Both the position numbers and the translations under genes were made by a program. Below are positions 50,386 to 58,921 of a DNA stretch of 64,000 nt, in pieces. Below the pieces are notes generated by a model. That model was not told the origin of the DNA and did not search any database. It saw nothing but the letters and a program-made list of their open reading frames with translations. The stretch comes from Minisyncoccota bacterium (GTDB lineage: Bacteria; Patescibacteriota; Minisyncoccia; Phycocordibacterales; UBA9973): positions 222,734 to 286,733 of the forward strand of contig JBAZRK010000001.1 in the NCBI GenBank assembly GCA_041663005.1. Direction: 5' to 3'. Positions within the stretch are counted from its first letter, which is position 1. Each line of letters opens with the position of its first letter.

Positions 50386-50658
50386 TTATTCTATAATTCT
50401 AACGAATTGTAGAATACTTTTCCCGCGCTTACTAAGCGTGTGCCGTACTATACTCCCTTCACTTCTCTTTTTTACTAGACCAGCGATGTACATTTTGTTT
50501 ATATGCGCAGAAATATTTTTAAAGTCCGAGTTTACGTCACTAGAAATTTCCTGAACTGATAAATTGGGTTTCTTGCCCAGTAGCTCAAGTATTTTCAACC
50601 TGTTGTGGTTCGCCACTCCCTTTAAAATCCTTTCTAGCTCTCGTTTTGACTTTTTCAT
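50386..50658 (-). CDS. ArsR/SmtB-family winged-helix transcriptional regulator
   Basis: VANHNRLKILELL recognition-helix region. 90 aa. Confidence 0.8.
   Translation of the reverse strand: MKKSKRELERILKGVANHNRLKILELLGKKPNLSVQEISSDVNSDFKNISAHINKMYIAGLVKKRSEGSIVRHTLSKRGKSILQFVRIIE
50389..50414. promoter_or_regulatory. Operator-like imperfect inverted repeat TTCTATAATTC-taac-GAATTGTAGAA, immediately upstream of the Cys-rich A1 start
   Basis: Near-duplicate of the arsR promoter palindrome. Overlaps the last codons of arsR. Confidence 0.4.
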
Positions 50659-50667
50659 AATTTATCT

Positions 50668-50693
50668 ATTCTATAATTCTATAGAATTGTAGA
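50668..50693. promoter_or_regulatory. 26-bp near-perfect palindrome TTCTATAATTCTA|TAGAATTGTAGAA in the arsR promoter region (candidate ArsR operator)
   Basis: 12 of 13 arm positions match. Located about 10-35 nt upstream of the arsR start codon. Confidence 0.5.
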
Positions 50694-50704
50694 ATGCTCG
50701 TAAA

Positions 50705-52393
50705 TTAGTACACCTCTGCCTGATAACATTTCTCACAATATACTATCTCCGGACGTTCTGGAGCATAACCAGTTTTAATGGCTTTACTGCATTTAATGCA
50801 AGTACGGTCATACAAAAGCGGCGGGTTACGTAGGCTTAAACGTTCAGCGTGTCTACAGTTGGGACATAGACGAGGAAATGGTAAGCCCATACGTTTCAGA
50901 AAATCAAGCTCTGTTTTGATGGCCCGAAATGCACCAGTGCATTCGTGCTTACATGAATCTTTGTGTTCGCATCCAAAAACTTCATTTAGAATTTCTTGGT
51001 CAATGTCTTTTATGTCATCAGGTAAATCACCCGTTTTTAGGGTGATATCGTATTTCGGTTTCTCTATTCCATAATAAACAAAACCCTGTTTCTCCATCTC
51101 GTCTTTAGATAACGGGAAAAATTCCTGCGCGGCACTCACTTCGTATGGATGGGGCGCCAGGGCACTAGGGAAAAATTCACCGTATTCCCCTGTCATTTTC
51201 ATATGCTCAATTATTTTTGGTACCAAGGCCTCGTATTCTTCTTTGGTGTACTGTTTATTTAAAATACAATATTTTTTACCACGTAGTGAAATGCAACCAA
51301 AAAGGTATGCGGAACTTATACAAAATACGCAATAACTTGATTCTCGGAGCTCGGGGAAACAATGCGTGGAAAACTTTACATTGTATGCCCCAGTACCAAC
51401 AATGAGCGACTCATATATCAGCTCGGCATTGTTCCCAAAGTTGGAGTAGTCGTAACAATCTCTTACGGGACCATTTGTAACATTTTGGACCCACTTAGAA
51501 TCCTCCACCCCAACAACTCTATAGCAATCATGTGTATTTTTAGACTCATAAATATAGTCACCTGAAACATTTACGTTTTGTCGACTATGTATGAATTTTT
51601 GGGGATAGTTAAGCCAGTGTGCATATGCTTCGTGTTTTATTGTTTCAAAATTTTTATAAGAACCTAAATGTAATTCTTTTATTTTCTTTAAATATTCTTC
51701 GCGTTCATAAGGCTGGTTGAAAATATAATAAGATTTATTGCGCAAACCCACAGATCCAAAGCACGAATTGCAACCTACGCAATCTTTACAAAAAGTAAGC
51801 TCCTGAGAGCTTTCGCAGTCTACTGAGAAAAGAGTCTGGTAGCAAGTTATACAATTAACGTTGCCGTAAGAAAGCTCGCAGGAATTGGTCATATGACTTT
51901 CAAGTGACCCGCGAGAGCCGTGGTCCCAAATAAGATATGCGGAATCTTCTGTATTGGTAGCACCGCGCACGTAATAGCAGTTTTTGATATTGGTAGCGTT
52001 TGTGCAATAAGAGCAATGTACAGCTCTCTCCATAGATGTCGAAGGCCAGGGAACTTCATGCAAGAGTTCTTTAAATTGTTCAAAAAACGGGCGAGAGAAA
52101 TCAAACTCTCTACCGTATATCATTGGATCCCAACCATCCGAAAACCAGAAATCTCTATCGTAAATTTTTATTGGCGATTCTTCAGGAAGAAAAGAGAATA
52201 TTTTTTCTCCTGTACGAGCATCAGTCTTTTTAAAAACGTGCCAATCATTTCTCCATGTCATTCTACGTTGAAATCTGCACCGCGGACAAAATGTCGGCGG
52301 CGGAACTTGCATTTTTTCATAAAAATTAAAATCTTCGTTGGTTATTACGAAGTCTTTTTTGCAATTCTGGCAGGTTCTTGTTTCGGCTTTCAT
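50705..52393 (-). CDS. Cysteine-rich two-ribbon protein, subtype B, copy 1 (562 aa)
   Basis: Same architecture as above. N-terminus M.AETRTCQNCKKDF. CKDCVGCNSCFG repeat. Confidence 0.8.
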   Translation of the reverse strand: MKAETRTCQNCKKDFVITNEDFNFYEKMQVPPPTFCPRCRFQRRMTWRNDWHVFKKTDARTGEKIFSFLPEESPIKIYDRDFWFSDGWDPMIYGREFDFSRPFFEQFKELLHEVPWPSTSMERAVHCSYCTNATNIKNCYYVRGATNTEDSAYLIWDHGSRGSLESHMTNSCELSYGNVNCITCYQTLFSVDCESSQELTFCKDCVGCNSCFGSVGLRNKSYYIFNQPYEREEYLKKIKELHLGSYKNFETIKHEAYAHWLNYPQKFIHSRQNVNVSGDYIYESKNTHDCYRVVGVEDSKWVQNVTNGPVRDCYDYSNFGNNAELIYESLIVGTGAYNVKFSTHCFPELRESSYCVFCISSAYLFGCISLRGKKYCILNKQYTKEEYEALVPKIIEHMKMTGEYGEFFPSALAPHPYEVSAAQEFFPLSKDEMEKQGFVYYGIEKPKYDITLKTGDLPDDIKDIDQEILNEVFGCEHKDSCKHECTGAFRAIKTELDFLKRMGLPFPRLCPNCRHAERLSLRNPPLLYDRTCIKCSKAIKTGYAPERPEIVYCEKCYQAEVY

Positions 52394-52420
52394 TCCAATA
52401 TTCTTGAAAATGTGAGAATG

Positions 52421-54550
52421 TTATTCTAAGATTTTTCGGAGCACGTCTTCAGGAACTTCGGGCGCAGGCTTCGGCACAGGAGGAACTGGCACCTGGGAGC
52501 TCGCGCTAGGGACAGGAGCTTGCGGAGGCGCCACAGGAGGTGCTGGAGGTTTCGGTGGTGCCGGCGGCGGAACAATAGTTTTCTGAGATATAAGATTTTT
52601 AAGTTTATTCATTTCGTCAGGAGTTGCAGCGCGATCTTTGGAAGACCTCGGGTCCTGATTTACATCTCGCATTTTATTTTTCAAAACATCGAGGGAAATA
52701 GGAGCGGGCGTGGGTTTGGGTGCAGGCTGTGGTGTAGGAGAAACAGGCTTGGCCTGAGAGGCATCTTTGGTCATAACCTTAGAGAGCACGTCTTTGAGCG
52801 CTTGGTTGTCTCCGCTTCGCGGCTGTGGCCTTGGAGCCTGCGGTACATTGTTTCTTTCCTGCTTGATAGGCGGTTTTGGCGTAAAAACTTTCTTGACGTC
52901 ACTGACGACTCCGGGTTTGGCAACTGGGGCGTATGGCTTGTCTACACGTTCGGGGTGCCTGTCGTGAGTTTCTATTTTGCTTTCATCTGGCTTAAACTCT
53001 ATGCCTATGTCCGCCAGAGGTTGGAAAAATTCTGACTCATCGTGAATCGGTTCATCCTTTTGACCTTTCTCCACCTTAACCTCCCCAGACTTAATTTTTG
53101 CGATGCATTCCTTACAGTAAGCAGGGCGGCCAGGTTCTGGTTTAAATGGTACAGTGCGTTCTTGTTTACATAGTGAGCAGATTATTGGGAATTTTTCTCC
53201 GGTTGGTGACGGAGCGCTGTTTGGGACACTGTCGCCCAAGGACATCCCGCTCCAGTCGTTGATCTCACGCTCCACGATTTCCCTTGAACGACAGTAAAGT
53301 TCCCTAGAGGATTTGATAACTTCCTCTTCAATGTTTTTGTCCCCTCCCTTTACCATTGGCGGTAAGGTTTTCGCGGAAAAAGGTCGTGAGGTTATGCCGT
53401 CTATCATAAGCTTCATATAGACCTTGTAGTTCGGCAGGTTCACAATGTCCTGGGGAGTAAACTCAGGCTCGAATTCTTTTTCCAAAAATTCTGCATCGTC
53501 GGCACCAACCCTGAAAACAATCATAGTCCCTACGTTGCCGAACACCGCATCGCGGACAGCGGTACTCTTGTCGGAGATAAGCTGCGCGGTGTACTGGTGC
53601 GCCACCGTGAGGTTCAATCGGTATTTGCGGGCTTCGGAGAGAATCCCCGCGAAAGCGTCCGTCACGAAGTTTTGAAATTCGTCGACATATAGATAGAAGT
53701 CTCGTCGGCTTTCTTCCGGTATACGCACACGCTCCATCGCCGCAAGCTGAATCTTGGTAATTATCATACCTCCGAGCAGAGCGGAGTTGTCTTCCCCGAT
53801 TCTTCCTTTGGAAACGTTGACGAGGAAAATTTTCCCCTCGTTCATCATATCGAAAATATTTATTGTACTTTTCGATTGCCCCACGACGTTTCGAATTATC
53901 GAAGTTGAGAGAAACTGCCCGACTTTGTTCTGAATTGGGGCAATGGCTTCATTTCTGAATTTGTCTTGCCAAGCTTCGTATTCGTGAACCCAGAAAGCTT
54001 TAATCACCGGGTCTTTCAAATTTGAAATTATTTTCTGTCGATAGTCCTTGTCGACGAGCATTCTTGGAATTCCCAAAAGTGTCGTCCCCGGGGTGTCGAG
54101 CAAGGCGAGAATTGTATTGTTTAAAATGTATTCCATTCGGGCGCTCCAAGCATTGGCCCAAATTTTCGTAAAGATTCCCATAAGCCCGGACGCCACGAGG
54201 TGCTTGTACTGCGGGTCTACTAATTCCAAAACATTGAACCCTATGTGGTAGTCGGCATCAGCCGGATTGAAATAGATTACATCCTTCAAGCGATGGCGCG
54301 GGATAGCTCCGAGCACTGTCTCCACGTTTTCTCCGTGAGGGTCGACAAGGCAGACGCCTTCTCCGTTCTGGATGTTCTGGATAATCATATTGAACAATAG
54401 TACCGATTTACCGGTACCTGACTTCCCGAGAAGGTAAACGTGCTGACGCCTATCTTTGCGCTTAATACCAAAAAGCTGGTTTCTATCTCGGTAAGTGGTT
54501 AGCCCGATGTAGGTAACGTCTTTGTTTATAGGTATTTCCGCAATCTCCAT
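52421..54550 (-). CDS. FtsK/HerA/VirD4-superfamily P-loop ATPase (paralog 2) with a C-terminal zinc ribbon and Pro-rich tail. The start is re-set to the internal Met.
   Basis: Walker A GKSGTGKS, Walker B FYLYVDEFQN. CSLCK...RPAYCKEC ribbon. PAPPKPPAPP low-complexity tail. The track start at 54667 would read through the dnaK terminator. Confidence 0.7.
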   Translation of the reverse strand: MEIAEIPINKDVTYIGLTTYRDRNQLFGIKRKDRRQHVYLLGKSGTGKSVLLFNMIIQNIQNGEGVCLVDPHGENVETVLGAIPRHRLKDVIYFNPADADYHIGFNVLELVDPQYKHLVASGLMGIFTKIWANAWSARMEYILNNTILALLDTPGTTLLGIPRMLVDKDYRQKIISNLKDPVIKAFWVHEYEAWQDKFRNEAIAPIQNKVGQFLSTSIIRNVVGQSKSTINIFDMMNEGKIFLVNVSKGRIGEDNSALLGGMIITKIQLAAMERVRIPEESRRDFYLYVDEFQNFVTDAFAGILSEARKYRLNLTVAHQYTAQLISDKSTAVRDAVFGNVGTMIVFRVGADDAEFLEKEFEPEFTPQDIVNLPNYKVYMKLMIDGITSRPFSAKTLPPMVKGGDKNIEEEVIKSSRELYCRSREIVEREINDWSGMSLGDSVPNSAPSPTGEKFPIICSLCKQERTVPFKPEPGRPAYCKECIAKIKSGEVKVEKGQKDEPIHDESEFFQPLADIGIEFKPDESKIETHDRHPERVDKPYAPVAKPGVVSDVKKVFTPKPPIKQERNNVPQAPRPQPRSGDNQALKDVLSKVMTKDASQAKPVSPTPQPAPKPTPAPISLDVLKNKMRDVNQDPRSSKDRAATPDEMNKLKNLISQKTIVPPPAPPKPPAPPVAPPQAPVPSASSQVPVPPVPKPAPEVPEDVLRKILE

Positions 54551-54581
54551 TCCATTAATAATACCAGAAATACCACAAACT

Positions 54582-54606
54582 AAAAAGCCCCTTGCGGGGC
54601 TTTTTG
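54582..54606 (-). terminator. Intrinsic terminator immediately downstream of dnaK
   Basis: aaaaa gcccc ttgc ggggc ttttt, 3 nt after the dnaK stop codon. Confidence 0.7.
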
Positions 54607-54608
54607 AA

Positions 54609-56522
54609 TTACTTAGCTTCGTTCTGAGGAGGTTCCTCGCCTTCTTTCTTTTCCTTGAATTCCGCATCTTTGACTTCAGCGGGTTGTTCTTCGGGGGCTC
54701 CGGTTGGCGGAGTTTGAGCGCCAGCCTTGTTCATTGCCTCACCGATTTTGGACATTTCGGCAGACAATTCTTCGGTGGCCTTTTTGATAGCTTCGCCGTC
54801 TGTTCCATCTTTTACCCCACGAAGCGCAGTAATTTTCGCCTCCACTTCAGTTTTCAATTCTGCGGAAATTTTGTCTCCGGCGTCTTTCACCGCTTTTTCT
54901 GCTGTATAGATAATCATCTCGGCGGTGTTTTTCACTTCAGCATTTTCTTTCTTTTTCTTGTCTTCCTCGGCGTGCACTTCAGCGTCCGCTTGCATCTTTT
55001 TGATATCTTCTTCTTTGAGCCCGGAGCTTGCTTCAATTTTTATTGATTGAGTTTTACCTGAAGCCTTATCTTTCGCAGTAACATTCAATATTCCGTTGGC
55101 ATCCACATCGAATGACACCTCAATCTGCGGCATACCTCGAGGAGCTGGCGGAACACCGTCCAGGATAAATCGCCCGAGAGATTTGTTATCGCTTGCCATT
55201 GGGCGCTCTCCCTGCACAATGTGAATTTCTACAGAAGTCTGATTGTCGGCAGCTGTAGAGAAGGTCTGGGATTTACTGGACGGGATGGTGGTGTTTCTTT
55301 CCACTAATTTCGTAGCCACGCCTCCGAGAGTCTCAATTCCCAGAGAAAGCGGAATAACGTCGAGGAGGAGAACATCGCGTACATCTCCTTGCAAAACTCC
55401 GGCTTGCACCGCAGCACCAAGAGCGACGACTTCGTCAGGGTTAATGGTTAGGTTAGGAGCTTTGCCAAATACTTTTTTCACTTCTTCTACAATCTTCGGC
55501 ATCCTGGTCTGACCTCCGACCATCACTATTTCATTCATATCTTCCATCTTGAATCCAGAGGCAGCCATAGCTCGCTTGGTAATTTCGATAGAGCGAGTAA
55601 CGTATTCATCTGCTAGGGATTCTAACTGCGCCCGAGTCATCTTGAGCAATAAGTGCTGAGGACCTTCTGCTGTAGAAGTGATAAATGGAATGTTGATTTC
55701 GGATTCTATTGCAGTAGAGAGCTCAATTTTTGCTTTTTCTGCTGCTTCGTCTAAGCGTTGCAATGCGAGCTTGTCTCCGCGCACGTCCACTCCGGAAGTT
55801 TTCTTAAATTCTTCGGCAATCCAGTTAATTATCTTGTGGTCAATATCTCGTCCGCCCATATGGCTGTCTCCGTCTGTAGACTTAACTTCGATGACATCAT
55901 CTCCGATTTCGAGCACAGACACGTCGAATGTTCCGCCTCCGAAGTCGTAGACCACTATTTTCTCATTTTTCTTTTTATTAAATCCGTAAGCGAGGGCCGC
56001 CGCTGTAGGCTCGTTGATAATTCTTTTTACATCGAGTCCGGCAATTGCACCTGCGTCTTTCGTTGCCTTTCTTTGGGCATCGTTAAAGTATGCGGGAACA
56101 GTGATGACAGCTTCAGTAATTTTCTCGCCGAGTTTTGTTTCGACGTCAGTTTTAATTTTAGAAAGAATCATCGCCGACACTTCTTCCGGTCGCATCCACT
56201 TATCACCGATTTTTACTTCCACTCCGCCGTTGGCAGATTTTTGAATTTTGAAAGATGCATTCTTTAAATCTTTCTGCACTTCAGGATCTTCAAAATTGTG
56301 ACCCATAAAGCGCTTGATGCCGTACACTGTATTTTCCGGATTGGTCACCGCCTGCCTTTTCGCAAGTAAGCCTACAAGCCTGTCTCCATTTTTAGCAACG
56401 GCTACTACCGAAGGAGTCGTGCGGTTCCCTTCTACGTTTTCAATAATTTTCGGCACACCGCCCTCTATGACGGCTACCGCAGAATTTGTCGTACCCAAGT
56501 CTATTCCTATGATTTTTGACAT
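54609..56522 (-). CDS. dnaK: Chaperone DnaK (Hsp70)
   Basis: [32 protein letters not shown]. Confidence 0.95.
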   Translation of the reverse strand: MSKIIGIDLGTTNSAVAVIEGGVPKIIENVEGNRTTPSVVAVAKNGDRLVGLLAKRQAVTNPENTVYGIKRFMGHNFEDPEVQKDLKNASFKIQKSANGGVEVKIGDKWMRPEEVSAMILSKIKTDVETKLGEKITEAVITVPAYFNDAQRKATKDAGAIAGLDVKRIINEPTAAALAYGFNKKKNEKIVVYDFGGGTFDVSVLEIGDDVIEVKSTDGDSHMGGRDIDHKIINWIAEEFKKTSGVDVRGDKLALQRLDEAAEKAKIELSTAIESEINIPFITSTAEGPQHLLLKMTRAQLESLADEYVTRSIEITKRAMAASGFKMEDMNEIVMVGGQTRMPKIVEEVKKVFGKAPNLTINPDEVVALGAAVQAGVLQGDVRDVLLLDVIPLSLGIETLGGVATKLVERNTTIPSSKSQTFSTAADNQTSVEIHIVQGERPMASDNKSLGRFILDGVPPAPRGMPQIEVSFDVDANGILNVTAKDKASGKTQSIKIEASSGLKEEDIKKMQADAEVHAEEDKKKKENAEVKNTAEMIIYTAEKAVKDAGDKISAELKTEVEAKITALRGVKDGTDGEAIKKATEELSAEMSKIGEAMNKAGAQTPPTGAPEEQPAEVKDAEFKEKKEGEEPPQNEAK

Positions 56523-56580
56523 AATTTTATTTTGTTAAAACTTATAATTAATTTTTTAATAGTATATACCATCCAAATTA

Positions 56581-56620
56581 AATTAGCAAGCTCTTCGCGG
56601 TCGCGAAATGGTTGCTAATT
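56581..56620. promoter_or_regulatory. Nested inverted repeat AATTAGCAA-gctc-TTCGCG-gt-CGCGAA-atgg-TTGCTAATT. The arms supply the -35 TTGCTA of both divergent promoters (dnaK and the PaaX-like gene).
   Basis: Read directly. 17-nt spacers lead to TATACT (dnaK side, minus strand) and TATAAT (plus side). The outer arms resemble CIRCE half-sites (TTAGCA/TGCTAA) but the spacing is non-canonical. Confidence 0.5.
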
Positions 56621-56646
56621 CTTAATATATATTATATAATACAGGT

Positions 56647-57168
56647 ATGTCAAGGAAAAAGGACTACTCGGGCAAAATAATCAAAATTTTAGGCAAAAAA
56701 CCGGCTACTTCTGTCGAAGAAATTTGGACTGGTTTCCCTGACCAGAATCGATATTCTGTAACTAGATCATTAAAGGGCCTTCGTGAGGCAGGTCTCATTG
56801 AGGCTCTTTCCTCCGCTCATTGTGAATATGCACGCCTCACAAAAGAAGGAAAAAAGAAAATGCATAGTCTAATTCTCGAGAGTAATACTGGCCTGGTGAA
56901 CACTTCCTGGGACGGATTTTGGAGGATAATTTTGCTCGACCTTCCAGAAGAAAGAAAAAGCGAGCGCGAAAGTCTGCGCTACCTACTAAAAAAAGCTGGC
57001 TTCGTCTGCCTAAAGAATTCTGCCTGGATCTCCCCTTTCCCATACGAGCATCTCTTCACAAATATTAAAAAAGATTTAGGCCTGACGACAGAAATGATGA
57101 TTATGGTCACCGACAAAATCGACGAAGAATCTAAAAAGGTTTTATTTCAAACCTTCGGGCAAAGTTAA
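56647..57168 (+). CDS. PaaX-like transcriptional regulator (wHTH plus PaaX_C-like domain)
   Basis: C-terminal WDGFW...LPEER...LRYLL.KAGF..L.NSAWISPFP matches the PaaX C-domain pattern (recalled from memory). Confidence 0.55.
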   Translation: MSRKKDYSGKIIKILGKKPATSVEEIWTGFPDQNRYSVTRSLKGLREAGLIEALSSAHCEYARLTKEGKKKMHSLILESNTGLVNTSWDGFWRIILLDLPEERKSERESLRYLLKKAGFVCLKNSAWISPFPYEHLFTNIKKDLGLTTEMMIMVTDKIDEESKKVLFQTFGQS

Positions 57169-57206
57169 TCTCCTTACATATGTAAGGATAGGTGTAAGGA
57201 GATTAA
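57166..57206. terminator. Convergent-gene hairpin: perfect 14-bp inverted repeat TTAATCTCCTTACA ... TGTAAGGAGATTAA, with an inner CCTTACAtaTGTAAGG palindrome
   Basis: Lies between the PaaX-like stop and the Cys-rich A2 stop. Confidence 0.45.
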
Positions 57207-58888
57207 TACACCTCTTTGTTGTAGCAACTTTCGCAATAAACTTTCTCCGGTCGCTCTGGAGAGTAGGGTGTTTCAAATTCATTCTGGCAACCTGAATTCA
57301 TACATTGTCTGTGCCAAAGCTTAAGTGGGTTCTTTTTACGTACACGTTCGCCGTGACGACAAAATGGACATAATGTGGGTAGTGGTAAATTAAATTTTTT
57401 ATAGAAGTTGTATTCAAATAGTGTAATCTTAAACGCCCTCGGGCAGTTGTCATCACACTTACCTCCATGTCCACACTCTATTACCTGTTCGAGGATTCCT
57501 AGGTCTGGTAAAATGTCGGGAATTGCAGAATTTTTTAATGTAATATCGTAATTTTTCTCCTCCAAAACTGCCCAATTGAAACCTTCTGCTCCAGCCCTTT
57601 CGGAATCAAGCGGAAAGTAGTCTTGGGCTTGAGTCTCGTTATATCCAAAAGGAGAATATTTCGCGGGGAAAAATTCTCCGTATTCTCCCAATTTCAGCAT
57701 CTGGTCGACTATCTCTTTTCGTAGTTTTAAGTAGTCTTCTTTCGAATATTGCTTATTGAAAATGCAGTAAGACTTATTGCGGAGACCTATGCACCCAAAA
57801 ATATTGTTACAGTCAAAACAATTATACGAATATTCAATATCGAAACCTCCCCATATGAGCGAAGAGAAATTTACTCGCTGGGCCTCAACACTGTGGGTGT
57901 CATAACAAAGCTCTGCGCCATCCCAAGCAATGGTCCCATCATAAATATCCTTACAGTTGCCCCACACCCTAAAGGAGTAGCGCACATTTTCTGAATCTCT
58001 CACATAAAAACCCTGATTTACAAAGCGTGCGTTCAGCACATCATCCCCTATCGCTTTTTCAGCCTTAGTAATCACCGCGTATTTCCTGGGAACTTTTAAC
58101 TTTAACTCTTCGAATTTTTCCTGGGTATTACTTAGTCCTGCGCGAGAATTCAATTTGAGTTCTTCTAATTTTTTAAAATATTCTTCCTTGGAGTATTGTT
58201 CGTTAAAAATACAGTAAGACTGACTGCGCAAACCTACACACCCAATACAATTGTTGCAATTACGACAGTCATATAAGTAATAAGAATCGACACACCCTTC
58301 GCAGTTCTGACTAAAAAATAAATTGTAGGATTTAACGCAATCAATTAGTTCGTAACAATACTCGGCAAAATTAGAACCATATAAATCAACAGAAAACTTG
58401 GTGTCCGTAACCGCACCAAACACATAAGACGAGTCCTCCACGCGCACAAAGCCCGCCGACCAATAAACATTCTTGGCATCGGTGCAATAGTTGGTATATT
58501 CACTATTTACGCCATTACGAGTTACGACATTCGGATGCGGTACCGCTTTTAAAAGTTCGTCGAATTGCTCGAAGAATGGACGTGTAAAATCATATTCACG
58601 ACCGAAAGACATAGGGTCCCACGCATCACTACGGAAATAGGCCTGTTCATAAACTTTATACGGAGCATCAGGTCGAAAAATAGAGAGCATTGGCTTGCCC
58701 GTGGCATCACACACCCGCCTGTGCCAGCTGCGCTCATTGCGCCAAGCCATACGTCTCTTCATCCTGCATTCAAAACAAAACGTCGGCGGTGGAACTTTTA
58801 TTTTTTCATAGAAACTAAAATCTTCACTTTCTATGGTGAAATCTTTTTTACAGTTTTGGCAGATTTTGTTTTCGTTTTTATATTCCAT
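57203..58888 (-). CDS. Cysteine-rich two-ribbon protein, subtype A, copy 2 (561 aa)
   Basis: N-terminus MEYKNENKICQNCKKDFTIESEDFSFYEKIKVPPPTFC, near-identical to copy A1. YDCRNCNNCIGC repeat. Confidence 0.8.
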   Translation of the reverse strand: MEYKNENKICQNCKKDFTIESEDFSFYEKIKVPPPTFCFECRMKRRMAWRNERSWHRRVCDATGKPMLSIFRPDAPYKVYEQAYFRSDAWDPMSFGREYDFTRPFFEQFDELLKAVPHPNVVTRNGVNSEYTNYCTDAKNVYWSAGFVRVEDSSYVFGAVTDTKFSVDLYGSNFAEYCYELIDCVKSYNLFFSQNCEGCVDSYYLYDCRNCNNCIGCVGLRSQSYCIFNEQYSKEEYFKKLEELKLNSRAGLSNTQEKFEELKLKVPRKYAVITKAEKAIGDDVLNARFVNQGFYVRDSENVRYSFRVWGNCKDIYDGTIAWDGAELCYDTHSVEAQRVNFSSLIWGGFDIEYSYNCFDCNNIFGCIGLRNKSYCIFNKQYSKEDYLKLRKEIVDQMLKLGEYGEFFPAKYSPFGYNETQAQDYFPLDSERAGAEGFNWAVLEEKNYDITLKNSAIPDILPDLGILEQVIECGHGGKCDDNCPRAFKITLFEYNFYKKFNLPLPTLCPFCRHGERVRKKNPLKLWHRQCMNSGCQNEFETPYSPERPEKVYCESCYNKEVY

Positions 58889-58894
58889 ATTTTA

Positions 58895-58916
58895 GATCTA
58901 CGCTATAGCGTAGATC
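58895..58916. promoter_or_regulatory. Perfect 22-bp palindrome GATCTACGCTATAGCGTAGATC, ending 6 nt upstream of the A2 start codon
   Basis: Read directly and verified to be its own reverse complement. Confidence 0.45.
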
Positions 58917-58921
58917 GATTT

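Noticed and set aside
52520-53035. 171-aa plus-strand ORF (Gly/Trp/Arg-rich) and other long antisense ORFs: 30900..31586, 22976..23602, 54522..55046, 58565..59185 and 60756..61373
   Set aside because: All lie antisense to well-supported genes. The 52520 ORF is the reverse reading of the Pro-rich tail. The antisense ORFs have low-complexity composition and no motifs.
54550-54667. 39-aa N-terminal extension of ATPase-2 from the ORF track
   Set aside because: It overlaps dnaK by 59 nt and reads through the dnaK intrinsic terminator. The internal Met aligns with paralog ATPase-1.
56581-56620. Canonical CIRCE/HrcA operator call
   Set aside because: The arms match only the TTAGCA/TGCTAA ends, and the spacer is about 22 nt instead of 9. 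It is reported only as CIRCE-like.
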